A DNA stretch of 64,000 nucleotides from Ginglymostoma cirratum (taxonomy: Eukaryota), in the NCBI GenBank assembly GCA_024137785.1, contig JAHRHZ010000016.1, positions 33,817,339 through 33,881,338 of the forward strand, written 5' to 3'. Both the position numbers and the translations under genes were made by a program. The notes under the pieces are model-generated. The model saw only the letters and a list, made by a program, of their open reading frames with translations, had not been told where the DNA came from and did not search any database. Every line of letters begins with the position of its first letter. The first letter of the stretch is position 1. Of this stretch, positions 36,311 through 48,677 are shown one piece after another.

Positions 36311-37149
36311 TTAACAGGAGTCACCGGAGTAAAGTGAACTATCAAATTAAAGAAGTCATTTTTGACTCTTAAATGTTGACTGTTTCTCTCTTCACAAATA
36401 CTGTTTTAATCAATAGATTTTTTTTTTGAAACATACCTGTTGACCAACTCTTGTTCTGTGGTATGCTGCTTCAGTGAAAGAAGTTTAGTTTGGATTAGTC
36501 ACTGATGAGGTGTTTGTTGTACTAATGTCAACACTGGCAGCCACTTTTGGCAGATGTTGATTCAAAAAGTTAAATTACTACTGGCATAATGAAGTTTGAC
36601 AAACTGTGAAACAGTTGGTGTTGCCCAATAACTTCCTTAAAGGAAATCTTTCTGTCTTTCATAGAATGTGCCTTAAGTTTGTTATTCTATGAGTGACAGA
36701 CAATTTGGGGATCACGCCTCCTATTCTTTATCCAGTAACTTCACATAGACACTTCCAAGATTACACAATTCTGTTTTTGTAGGACAAAGTGTTATTTTTA
36801 TGTCTGCTTCTTCCCCAAGGAGAGAAACAGTGTAAAAGGTTAATACCTTAGCTAATGTCTTTTAAGTTTAATGCACCACCTAATACATTAATGAACTGTA
36901 AAGACTAGAAGGTCCCAGTCAGTGTTAGATGATCTTTGGTTTCAGAATCTAAGTGGAGGTGCCAAAAATAGGAGCCAGTGTTTTTATTCCTGATTGGTTT
37001 CCAGTACATTGTAATGATATTGAAAAAGAAAAGGATCATGCCAAAGGTTAGCTATTGACAATTTATCTACCAGTGGACAAATGAAAAGGACCACCAGAGG
37101 AAACTTGTGATGAGAGAGAGAGAGAATTTTTTTTCTCTCTCTGGGTTAA

Positions 37150-37970
37150 TAAGGCCTATGGAATGCTAGGCTTCATTAATTGAGGTGTAGAGATCAGAAG
37201 CAAGGAAGTTGTGAACCATTATAGTGTCACTTTAAGGGTTGAGAGTCTTTGGAACTCTTTGCCACAGAAAACTATGGGGCAGAGTCCTTGCATATATTTA
37301 ATGCTGAGATAGATCCTTGATCAATAAGGGAATTGGGTTATGGAGAAAAGGCAGGAAAGTGGACGAGGGGAATGTCAGATCAGCTGTGATCCTATTGAGT
37401 GGCAGAGCAGATGTGAGGAATCAAACAGCCTACTCCTTTCCGATTTCTTATGGTCTTAATGAAAACAGTGCTTCAGTTTCACTTGGAACATTGTACTCTA
37501 TTCTGGGTACACGTTTTAGGAAGGAAGTGGTGGCATTGCAGAAGTTGCAGAAAAGAATCACAAGATGGCTCCAGGCCTAAGAGACTTGTAGATTGTCAAA
37601 ACTGAGGTTTTTCTCTATGAAGAAAAGAAGGATGAGCAGGTAATTGATAGTAATGTTCAAAATCATCAAGAGTCTGGAGATTGTAGATTGAGAGAGACTT
37701 CCCATGAGTGAGTGGTTTGAGAACCAGAAGGTACTGGGGATAAACCTTTTTATGCAGCGAGTGACTAAAACATGGAATGCATTGGCTGAGAGGATGGTGG
37801 AGGCAAACTCAATTGTGCTTCAAAAGACAATCAGATAATTATGTGAAGAGAAAAGATTTAAAGGGCTGTAGGCAGAAAGCAGAGGAGTGGGCCTAACTGA
37901 GAGGCTCTCACAGCTGATAAGGAAATGTCAGGCTGGATGACCTTCTTCTCTGCTGTAACCATTGATATGA
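37150..37970 (+). mobile_element. Two interleaved CR1 3' fragments
   Basis: FRKEVVALQKLQKRITR peptide; two CR1 3' UTRs. Confidence 0.65.
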
Positions 37971-38044
37971 CAGAATTTTTTTGTCTTTTTTTTTATACAA
38001 AGTATTATGGTACAAGATTGTATTAGCATGACAACAATAACTTA

Positions 38045-38595
38045 TATGAACATATGGATCAGGAGCAGGAATGGCCATTCTGCCTCTTGAGCCCACTTTG
38101 CCACTTAATAAGTTCATACCTAATATGATTACATCCTGAATCCACATACCCACCTACCCCAATAATCTTTCACCCCCTTGCTTAACCAGAATCTATCTAC
38201 ATTAAAACAGAAAGAACTGCGGATGCTATAAATCAGAAAATCTACCTCCGCTTTAAAATTATTCAAGGACTCTGTTTCCTCCACCTTTTTCAAATTGAGA
38301 GGTTGAAAGATACATGACCCTGTGAAAGACGGCCATCACTTCCTTCCTAATCTCTGTTTTAAATGGGCGACCCTTGATTTTTTTTTCAGTGACCCCTAGT
38401 TCTAGACGCTCACACAAGAGAAAACTGTTGTTTCTATGTGTACCCTGCCAAGACCCCTTGGGATCTTGAATGTTCCAATCAAGTTGCTTTCCACTGTTCT
38501 AAACACCAGTGGAAACAAGCCTAGCCTGTCCAATCTTCCATCTTAAAGACAACCCTCTCATTCCATGAATTAGCCTAGTAATCCTCTCTGAACTT
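38045..38595 (-). mobile_element. CR1 3' fragment, with a ~40-bp Penelope-repeat piece at ~38200-38240
   Basis: AGGAGCAGGAATGGCCATTC 3'-end signature; AAAGAACTGCGGATGCTATAAATCAG insert. Confidence 0.65.
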
Positions 38596-40254
38596 GTATT
38601 TATACAACACTTTCTAAAATTTTAAAACATTCCAGGCATTTCAGAGAAGCATAACAGGGATAAAATAACACCAACCTAAAGGAAGAGACATTAGGACAAG
38701 TAACCAATAGCTGTGTATCCCAATGACTGTTTGAGTTTGTACGTACAGAACAGCAAATTAGTGTTTGCAGCTAGCAAATTGTTTATTTGGGGCTTGATTT
38801 TCAGTCCCCACTAGGGCCTGGCTTGGAGGTGGCCAGTTGCTCGCACTAGAGCTGCTGGCTGGTGCACTGGTTCCCCAGTTCCAGATTGTGCCCAGGCCGC
38901 TTTTGCAGAGGGGGAGTAGGAGTGGTGGTGGTGGGGTGTGGAGGTGGTGGTAGGCCACAGACAAAACTACACAGGTACACTAGCTGACATGTTTATTAAG
39001 AACCAATGGAGGCCAGTCAAAGAAGGCTGATTGATGTTGTCAAGTCCCTCTCCAAGTTCCTCCGGGTCACCGGGACCAGTTTCGGTGCCTGAATATGGCA
39101 AACCAGAGTGGCGGGATGCAGCACATGAAGTATGCTTTGGTGCTCTCCTACCTGGATGCTATAGTAGTAGTGGGCCACTTTGCCAAACGGTTACCTATCC
39201 ATCCCACATCAGTGATGGCCATGCTGCAATTTTTTTTAGTTTAAGTTGAAAAAGTTTTGGGAAGAGTCTGGTCATTTAAAGCTGGAAGCCTCTGATCCTC
39301 TAGCTTTGAAAGACTGTCTTGGTATCCTAAATTGAATAGCAAACCTGCCCTCTAGCCATTTGTTGGCTGTCCAGGAAATATCAGAATGTATGACTGTCAT
39401 GCACAGTGTGGGTTTTGACCCAGATTTCAACTTGGTTTCTCTTTTTTAATCTATATTTCCTGTTTTCTTTGGTTCCTTTTTAAGCAATTGTACAGTCACA
39501 GCCCCAGATATTTCCATGATTTCTTAACCATGTTGCGAATGTCTAAGTAATGTGAAAATCTGGACACCCGGCTTTTCCAGTTTTTCCTTTGGAGAGATAT
39601 TTCATTGCAATTTTTTGTTATTAATTCTAATAATTGATTAACATTAACAAGGTTTGAAGCACCATCTTTATTTTAGTGATGGCTTTTCCATCTTAAACTT
39701 TTGAGAATGGCTACTTGGGCCAAGTAAATTAGTATGTCAGCATGATTCAACATCTCTGGGAGAGAGAAAAGTAGGAGGAGAAGAAAAGATTAGATGACTA
39801 ATCTTTCCTGTAATTGAATGAGCCTGTTGTTCAAGTGCAACTCTAATTGAACTCCTCATGACTAAATACCAAAAGTGTTTCCTGTGCTGGAAATCTTTCA
39901 GCATCAGTAAATTAGTTCTGAGAATGTAGGAAGGGAACTGATTTAATTGGAGACTGACAAACTTCAAAATATTTCCTTAAGGCTGCTGTGCATCGTCAAG
40001 GAAACGAATGACATGCAGACAGAGAGGTTGTACGGAAAGTACACCATTTGAAATTAATACTTATAGTTCTCTGAGTGTTTTAGTGCCACATTAGTGTTGC
40101 ATGTAAAAAAGCCTCTGTATTTGTGTTTCAGATTTGGAGTTAATCAGTTTTCTTTCCACTTCTTTCCAGTTGTAGAATCACTGTATTTGTATTGCAGTCA
40201 AATTACTTTACTTGCTTACAAATTACTTATTAAATGACATTCTACAGACTTGTC

Positions 40255-41305
40255 ATGGAATCATAGTTATACAGCATGGAAACAGACCCTGCAGTCCAGC
40301 TTGTCCACGCCAACCAAACATCCTAAATTAATGTAGTCCCATTTGCCAGCATTTTGCCAGTATCCTCCTCCTTCATGTGCCCATCCAGATGCCTTCTAAA
40401 TGTTGTAATTATACCAGCCTCCATCACTTCCTCTGCGCTCTAGTTTTGGACTCACCCACCGCAGAGAAAAGACCTTGACCATTCACCCTATTCATGCTCC
40501 TCATGATTTTATAAACTTCTATAAGGACACCCTTCAGCCTCCGATGCTCCAGGGAAAATAGCCCCAGCTTATTCAGCCTCTCCATATAGCTGAAATCCTC
40601 CAACCATGGCAACGTCCTTGTAAATCTTTTCTGAACCCTTTCGAGTTTCACAACATTCTTTCTATAGCATGGAGACAAGAATTGAATGCAGCATTCCAAA
40701 GTAGCCTGATCAATGTCCTGTATGCCCTCAACATGACCTCCCGACTCTTGTACTCACTGTACTGACCAATAAAGGCAAGCATACCAAACACCACCTTCAC
40801 TATCCTGTCTACCTGCGACACCACTTTCAAGGAACTATGAACCTGCACTCCAAGGTCTCTTTGTTCAGCAATGCTCTCCAGGACCTTACCATTAAGTGTA
40901 TAAGTCCTGCCCTGATTTGCCTTATGAAATTGCAGCACCTCATATTTATCTAAATTAAATGCCTTCTGCCACTCCTTGGCCCATTGGCCCATCTGATCAA
41001 GATCCCGTTGTACTCCAACATACAACGCTTTCTTTGCTGTCCACTACACTTCCAATTTCAGTGTCATCTGCAAACTTGCTAACCATGCCTCCTATGTTCA
41101 TGTCCAAATCACTTTATATAAATGACAAAAAGCAGTGGATCCAGCACCAATCGTTGTGGCACACTGCTGGTCACAGGCCTCCAAATCTGAGAAGCAACCC
41201 CCTACCACCACCCTCTGTCTCCTAGTTTCAAGCCAGGTCTGTTTCCAAATGGCTAGTTCTCCCTATATTGTGATCTAACCTTGCTAACCAGTCTACCATG
41301 GGGAA
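40255..41305 (-). mobile_element. CR1 (HER1-like) 3' fragment
   Basis: QRDLDQMGQWAKEWQ, EQRDLGVQVHSSLKV, ERVQKRFTR peptides. Confidence 0.9.
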
Positions 41306-43087
41306 TGAATATTAAAAACAAAAGCTAATTTTGAGATGGGTCAGAAAATGGGACTCACAGTTTTAGATTCATAGGGCAGAATATTCCAGGCCTGCTCAGA
41401 GCTCCTAGAAGGGTAGTGTAGGAACTTGATTGGATGGGAGACAAAAATTCAATTTCCCAGTGTCTGGTTTAGGGTTTACTTTTGAGTGCTCAAACTTTTT
41501 GGTGAGGGGGTGGGTCAAGGTTCAGGAACATGTTTTGCATTCACTCGCATTCTGACTGCAATCTTGTTAGTCAAAGTGGGAAATACGTGTTCACAAATCA
41601 GAGTCCATAAATAAAGTGCATACCTACCTGGGTACTTTTTTTTTCCTTTAAGCTTCAGTGACTATAAACTTCTTCAGTAACTTGTCTCCTTCATAACAAA
41701 GCCGTTTCTTTATGCAAATGCTCAGAAGTATTATGAGTTAAGCCTCAATGGATCATTCAGCTCATGACAATATCTTGTCTCGCTTGTGGTTCTTAAATGC
41801 TCACAGTGTAAAAGGTAAAGCCTGGCAACGCGAGGCACCCACGCTATCTGATGCAAGCAGATCTGTCAAAGGCGGACAAGGGAGCACTGAACTGGAAAGG
41901 AGGCTTTACGTAGGGGGATCAACAGCAAATATACACAGGAAACATGGACAGCAATTATAGTGAATACATTTAAAGGGTATTGTTATTGGGGACACAGAAG
42001 GATTCAAAGGAATGAAATGAGCAAAGCGGGTTACCGATGAACAGGTTCATTAAAAATATTTATCACTGACATGTAGATAGGTGATGGACATTGACTCTAG
42101 AAAAATAAACATTTAGCTTCAGTTCCCACTTTCCAGAGGTTAGGATAGCAGTGAATGAGAGACTCCGCACTGTTTGCATTGCTACGTATGATCATATGAG
42201 TTGTCTGCATTGATCATCCTCCCCTCAAGCTAATCCAGAAGGAAAATTTACATCGTCAGAAGTCTTAACAGATTGTACGAGACCACAGGACTGTTGTATG
42301 AAGTGCTGTATTTGTTTCAGGTCTACTGCTGTACAAAAGCTTGATACCAATGTGCTGAAAGTGACTTCAGTGCCCTTTAATCTCACCTTTCCCAGTGCCA
42401 ATCTCCAGATATCTCCAATTTTCTAGGAATCCTGCACATTGTTTCTATTTAAATAATGATTATCCTGATAGGGTAATTATTTTTTTCCTGTACTGTTTCT
42501 ACATGCTCAGCACTGTAGAAGCTCTGCACTATCAAAGGAACAACTGTCTAAGGATTGATTTAATAACCAACACATCCATAACCAATTTACTCTGGTTGTA
42601 ATATGTACAATCTATAATAGCGGTTCAATGTTCCCTCTCAGCTATATGAGCATGCAGCAGCTCCGATGTTTCTCACGTGGCGATCAACGTCAGCACCTCA
42701 ATCGTGGCTTTGACTTCTGGGTCTGGAAGTCGCAGCCATGCATGGGTCTCAGAGGCTGCACGGCCTGTAAGAAAATTAGAGGGAACGCTACAGTGCTTCC
42801 CAACCTTTTCAGTATCACGGCATACTTCAATTAGACACAGTTCTACAGCACGTCGCTCTTTTTAGCCAAATTCAGTGGTTATAAATGTTGCATTTTATTT
42901 GCATTTACTGTGATTTAGAGAAGTTTGCAACATTGTGCATATGATAGGCTAAAGATGGATCAAAAGCATTAAAGCTTCAAATCCACCGACAAAAGTACCA
43001 TGCTGTTTGTGTCCTTTTCTTGAAAGTCATTCTCGTGGAACTCCCATCACCTTCGTCAGGAGAGTAGCATTAAGAAACATTAACGAC

Positions 43088-43192
43088 AGGAACAAAAACA
43101 AAGTTGCTGGAAAAGCTCAGCAGGTTTAGCAGCATTTGTGAATAAAAAGTCAGAGTTAACGTTTTGGGTCTGGTGACCCTTCCTTAGAACTC
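43088..43192 (-). mobile_element. Short Penelope-derived repeat with degenerate hammerhead
   Basis: Minus strand GAGTT-CTAAGGA-A-GGGTC-ACCA-GACCC-AAAAC-GTT-AACTC; stems I and II are perfect, with two G>A changes in the core. Confidence 0.65.
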
Positions 43193-46100
43193 AGTTAAGA
43201 AACATTAAAATGGCTACATGTGTACTTTTGATAAACACAAATAGAGATGTCAATCCCCAAAACTGTGATTAAGAAGAATGAGGTACAGGGGAATTTAGCA
43301 GTTAAAAAGGTGACTCCATTTTGACGAAGAGCTTGAGTTGATGCAACAATAAAGTATTATGTGATTTGTGTGCCTGAGATGTTCATCCCAAAAACAGTCT
43401 TTTGTGATGTTGTCCTTGTCCCAGGCAAGCCTTTGAAGAGCTGTCAGGCATGCATGTTCTTCTAGTTGTGAGGAAAGCTACTGCTGCATGAGCTTCTGGG
43501 TGTTGTGGCTCCTTTTTATTGATTGCTGCAATGAAGTGACAGATGTTTGATTGTATATGAAAACATTTTTAAAAGCAAATCTGTATAATGTGGGTGATTG
43601 AAAGTTAAAAGATCTGAGTATATTGCTGCTTGGAGTTCTGTTCTTAACATTATCTATTTGTTCATTTCCCTGAAATCATTTGCCCAAAGAAATGGCCATT
43701 GCACAGTTGATGGGGCAGGTGATAATCTCAAGTCAGTTTTCTTCCAGAGTTGCAAAACAGTTGTGTAAACCTCTGATGTCTTTTATGACTCATGGATGAA
43801 TTTTCCTGCAGAAAACCAGAGGAAATCACAGCTTGTTGCAGTCACTGTTTTGATTTGAAACTAATGATCATGCTCATAAATCTGAGGCATTAATTTCCTG
43901 TAAGTGATGTAGCATGCTGGAGAGATACTCGATCATATTTAGAGACTGCCATTAGTGCAAACAAACCGAACCTTTGTTTTTAAAGCAACGATGCACCCCT
44001 AATCCTACTTCAGTGATCCAAAATGATGAACGATTGATGTGACTTAGAAGTTTTCACTTCCACCTCAATGTGCTTTTGCTACCTGGTCTTTATGTCTGAA
44101 TCCATGTTGCCAGGAGCTAATTTGAGACAGCTCTCTAGCAGCTTTAGCAATGTACAGTTGTCCAATCAGAAGAGCACCTGCAGTCACTTTGTGTCTGTTT
44201 CACAAACCATCTCACTCTCGCTCTTGCTCTCTCACTCGGAACAATTTAGATTTTTGCCACTTCCACTCGGCTTTTCATCCTCTACTTTTTCGCACTTCAT
44301 TCTCCAATTTAAAGCTCGTTCGTTTTTATATTTTGTTTTGCCTCATTTGAACTTCAAATGTTATTTCAGATTTGAAATTTTGATTTAACTTTGTACAATG
44401 CAACAATATAATTCAGCAAGGCACGCAGTGAATATTAATTATATAAGAAAAATACAATAGCACTGAGTGTCCCCACATTGCCGCAGTTTAGGAAGGCAGC
44501 TCACCACCCTCTCTGGGACAACTAATAGGCAATAAGTGCTGACCTAGCCTGTGATTCCCCTATCTCATCAACAAATAAAATAAATGGTGTGATAACTCCT
44601 TTTAATTTCAGGATGTGATGCATCAGAAGTTGGTTGCATTTCTTATTCTTCCATTCAAAATAATTAAATAATTTGTACAATAAATAACTGGAAGGTTCTC
44701 ATGTACAAGTTGCCCACCAGTTATGTACTGATATTTAAAGGCTTCAGCTTCCAGTTTTTCTAACTCTTCTTCATGTAACTTGCAGTGATCTGATTCTTGA
44801 CTGTACGAATGAGCTTTTGCTGGCAAATAAAAACCTGCTTCTGCAGCACAAACTTCCACACTGCATTTTTGTTTGGTTGGAGTTCTTGAATACATTCTCT
44901 GGTTGCCATCACAACATTATGACAACTGTCTTCAGCAAAGCCGTAAACACGTTCATTTAGAATAACTTATGATTTCAGTAGAAATAGTCGATATAAGAAG
45001 CCCTGCGATTATATTTGACATCTGACCAACACACAGTAACCAGAATATCTTTTCCTTCCAATCTCATAGAGACAAACCTGTCACAGACAGACAACATCCC
45101 TGATTTCCAAGCCTCTGCAACCCTGTCTCACCAAAGGGGCAGTCATTTACTATTTGTTGAAGACTGTTCAGTCACAGGGCAAAAACACTTTACCAGCAAG
45201 ATCTCTGTGGAGATATATGAATTGTATTTCTTTACTAATGCGTTGCCTGTCCGTGGCAGATATCAAGAAATCACAGTGCCCATGCTATACTGTTGATGAT
45301 TTTTCTAATGTGTGTTGTAAGCTGGCAGTCAAGGAAGGCATCCTGTGCTATGGAAAGCATTGGTTAGTATTGTTGTCGGTGCAAAAAAAAATTAATAATT
45401 TGGCTGGTTCCTGTTGAGATAAAGATAGAAACAATCGCCTTGTTCCTTCCCAAAATAAATCCTTCCAGTATTAATGGCATGCTGGTTCAGGGCAGTTTTA
45501 ATAAGTGAATAAATCTTGTCTAGCGTAGCAGGTTTCGTTACAATGATGAGGTTAACTCAAAATGGAACTGTTTCTCTTTCTGTCTTGTCATGTGTTTACA
45601 ATATGATTTTTTTTGTTAAGTGAAACAGTGTCAACCTTGTAGAAAAGACCAATAGCAAAGCAGTTTCTGTGTAATTGGATCTAACTAATTATTATTAGTA
45701 CGCTGTTAGAGGATTATGAAATCTGTGGAAGGTTTTTGAATGAATTCATTGTTCTTGTGCATATTTAGCCCAGTATTGTAGAAGTAGATGGACTTAAATG
45801 AGTCAGTACTTCCTTCTCTGTGTAAGTATAAACAGACGGCTAGTGTTACACATTACGGTTAATTTGGAGCGTGAAGGTAAGAACAAGGACAGCAATACTT
45901 AGCCTGTATTTCATTTGCTTTCTATGAGATGATAGAGAAGTAAATGTAATAATTATTTGAATACTAAAATGATGGTCTTATTTGTATAGGGAAACAGCAG
46001 CTGGTCTGTACAGACCATAGTAATAGGCTCCTCATTTTGAATTTAAACTTGATAGGGAGATACTGCACATTTCCTGTGGATCAAATTGACAGTTGAAGAT

Positions 46101-47850
46101 TTTTGTTCAAATTGTGAACAGAATAAAGAGACTGAGAATGTCAGCGGTCAAGATCATATTTTTAAATGCACCAGAGACAACTTAAAACTAGCAAAGACTG
46201 GCGGATGGTGTTGTCAGTGGCAACTTTTCACCTGGTGAAAGATCAGTAGCGGACTTAAAGAAGTGGTATGAAAAAGCTGAAAATTCTTAGAGAAATACAT
46301 CTGAAATAGCTAACTGTCAGTTTCATGTGCTACAATGTAATTTTCCTCACAGGAACTACTGGATTACTGTTTAAAGTGCATATGGAGGTTGTTTTTATAG
46401 AATGGATTTTCTAAATGCTTCCCCACCACACTCCGCCCCCTCAAAATCAAGCAATGACAGCTGAGTGGTGCAAAATTATTATTGGTATGATTGCAAAATG
46501 ATTTTTTTTTTGCTTCTTAAAAGATGTTTGGAGTTGGGCAGGATTTAAAAAGCTGCGATCTAAGTATATAAACTGTTGAATTTCATCTCTGGTTTCTAGT
46601 CTTCTGATTGAATGCAGAGTAGGATTGGGGGGGCACCATTAAATTGTTCATTTAAATGGGTCACTACTGCAAAGAAAAAGTTTTGAATGGCAGAAAGTTT
46701 GTTTTTGTAGTAACTTTGGCTTTATCAATTCTAATAAAGAAACCACAAGGTTAATGTTCCTCTGCTTTTCACTGTCTTGTTATGGTATCCTCCTTCTGCC
46801 CTTTGTATTAATGATTAATCAGAAATTCTGCAGTCTGTCAGTTGTTCTGTAATTTGAGGATTTTTAATTTTGCTGTTTGTAGTTAAACACTTGCATTGCT
46901 TCTGTGTGCTAAAATAAACAGATTGACCATAGCGTTAAAAGTATAGACTAGAATTGTTGTGAACACGTAACACACGCAAAGAATAAAACCATTGAATGTT
47001 AATTAAAGTGGTGAAGAATGTCATGTAGGCAGGCGCTCTCATGCTGAAACTATATACCGTACTGTATTGCTCATCTTTCACCTCTTAGCAATGAGACTCT
47101 TTTAGAAACCAACATTGGTGACGAGTGCTGTGAACTTTGGCTTCTCAATTTTAAACAATAGAACTTTTATCCAATGTGATTTAACCAGTACCCATGTCTT
47201 GACATCACAAGTAGCATTACCAGACCCTTCCCATGCAAGTTTTCCTGTAAATGATGATTAGCTTATTCCAGCCCTGCCTTTCTGCTAAATAATTGGTTTG
47301 AGTTTCACTTTTTGCTTTTCTCTGGTTGTAACAAGTATCCTCTCATTCATGCCTTTGCTCTAAATTCACTTTAGTTTAACTTTTATTTTCTTTGCAATTT
47401 CCTCATAGCTAGGCTTATACACAAATCTAACTTGCCTACAGCTTTCCAAAGCACAGACTGCCCTATTTTGTGACTAATTTCCTTTTTCCTATCAACTTGA
47501 AATGCTTGCCTGTCCTTTTTCACATCCCATAAAAAGTGTCCTTCATTAAGAAATATGCCCATGATGTCATAGTAACATTATTGCTACAAATTTCTTCAAC
47601 ACTTCCTTTTCAGCTCTTGCCCTCTATTGCTCTGAGTAAGAACTACTGTGCTTCTTCTCTGAATTTGTCACTAATCATCATGACTAACATGTTTTCAACT
47701 TTTCTTTGTCCTTCTGTTTTTTTGATTCTTTTCATCTACCTCTCAAGGTTTACCTTCAGAAACTTCTGAAAACAACCTTAATGACTGTTCTCCAGTAACA
47801 TCACCTAACATCTCTCTAGTCCTGCTTGCTGTTCCATTATTCTTTATTCT

Positions 47851-48204
47851 TTATTCATTCACGGAATGAGGGTGTCGTTGGGTGAGGCAGCACATATTGC
47901 CCATCCCTAATTGCCCAGAGGGCAGTCAAGAGTCAACCACATTGCTGTGGGTTCTGGAGTCACATGTAGGTCAGACCAGGTAAAGATGGCAGCTTTCTTC
48001 CTGAAAGGGCATTCATGAACCATTTGGGTTTTTCCTGACAATCAACAGTGGATTTGTGGTCATCATTAGATTCTTAATTCCAGATATTGATTGAATTCAA
48101 ATTCCACCATCTGCAGTGGCAGGATTCAAACCTGGGTCCCCAGAACATTATCTGGGTCTCTGGATTAACAGTCCAGCAATAATACCATTAGGCCATTGCC
48201 TCCC
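47851..48204 (-). mobile_element. Full-length SacSINE1-like (DeuSINE-type) tRNA SINE
   Basis: Head GGGAGGCAATGGCCTAATGGTATTATTGCTGGACT..GGTTTGAATCC; central CACAGCAATGTGGTTGACTCTT; tail shared with the LINE 3' end at ~25020-25080. Confidence 0.8.
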
Positions 48205-48307
48205 CATGATGCACTTTGAAATGTTACAACGTGTTATGGATGCAGTGTAAGTTTTAAACATTTTACAATGATTTTATTTTTCTTTTAAAATACAGCACTT
48301 CCATCAA

Positions 48308-48677
48308 ATGCCAAGTAAGATAATGGAAAGCTTTGGAAAGAAGTTGATTCGTAGACGAAATGTTGACTGCAACACAGATGAAACCCGGTTTGTCAGATGC
48401 CTGACAACAATAGATCTAATTGCACTGGGGGTCGGCAGTACTCTTGGGGCAGGTGTGTATGTTTTAGCAGGTGAAGTAGCCAGGGACAAGGCAGGTCCTG
48501 CTATTGTCCTTTGTTTCTTGATCTCTGCTCTTGCCTCAGTACTTGCTGGCCTGTGCTATGCTGAGTTTGGTGCCAGAGTTCCCAAGACTGGATCTGCTTA
48601 CCTCTACAGCTACGTGACTGTGGGTGAAATATGGGCTTTTATAACCGGCTGGAATTTAATCTTATCATACATGTTGG
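48308..48677 (+). CDS. SLC7A3: Cationic amino acid transporter 3, coding exon 1 (exon begins 48296)
   Basis: MPSK...[28 protein letters not shown]...ELWAF-like [15 protein letters not shown]; 370 nt CDS; acceptor TACAG|, donor G|GTAAGT. DKAGP and linkage to YIPF6 favour CAT-3 over CAT-1/2. Confidence 0.93.

Noticed and set aside
42791-42810. hAT-like terminal inverted repeat CAGTGCTTCCCAACCTTTT
   Set aside because: No partner TIR or target duplication found.
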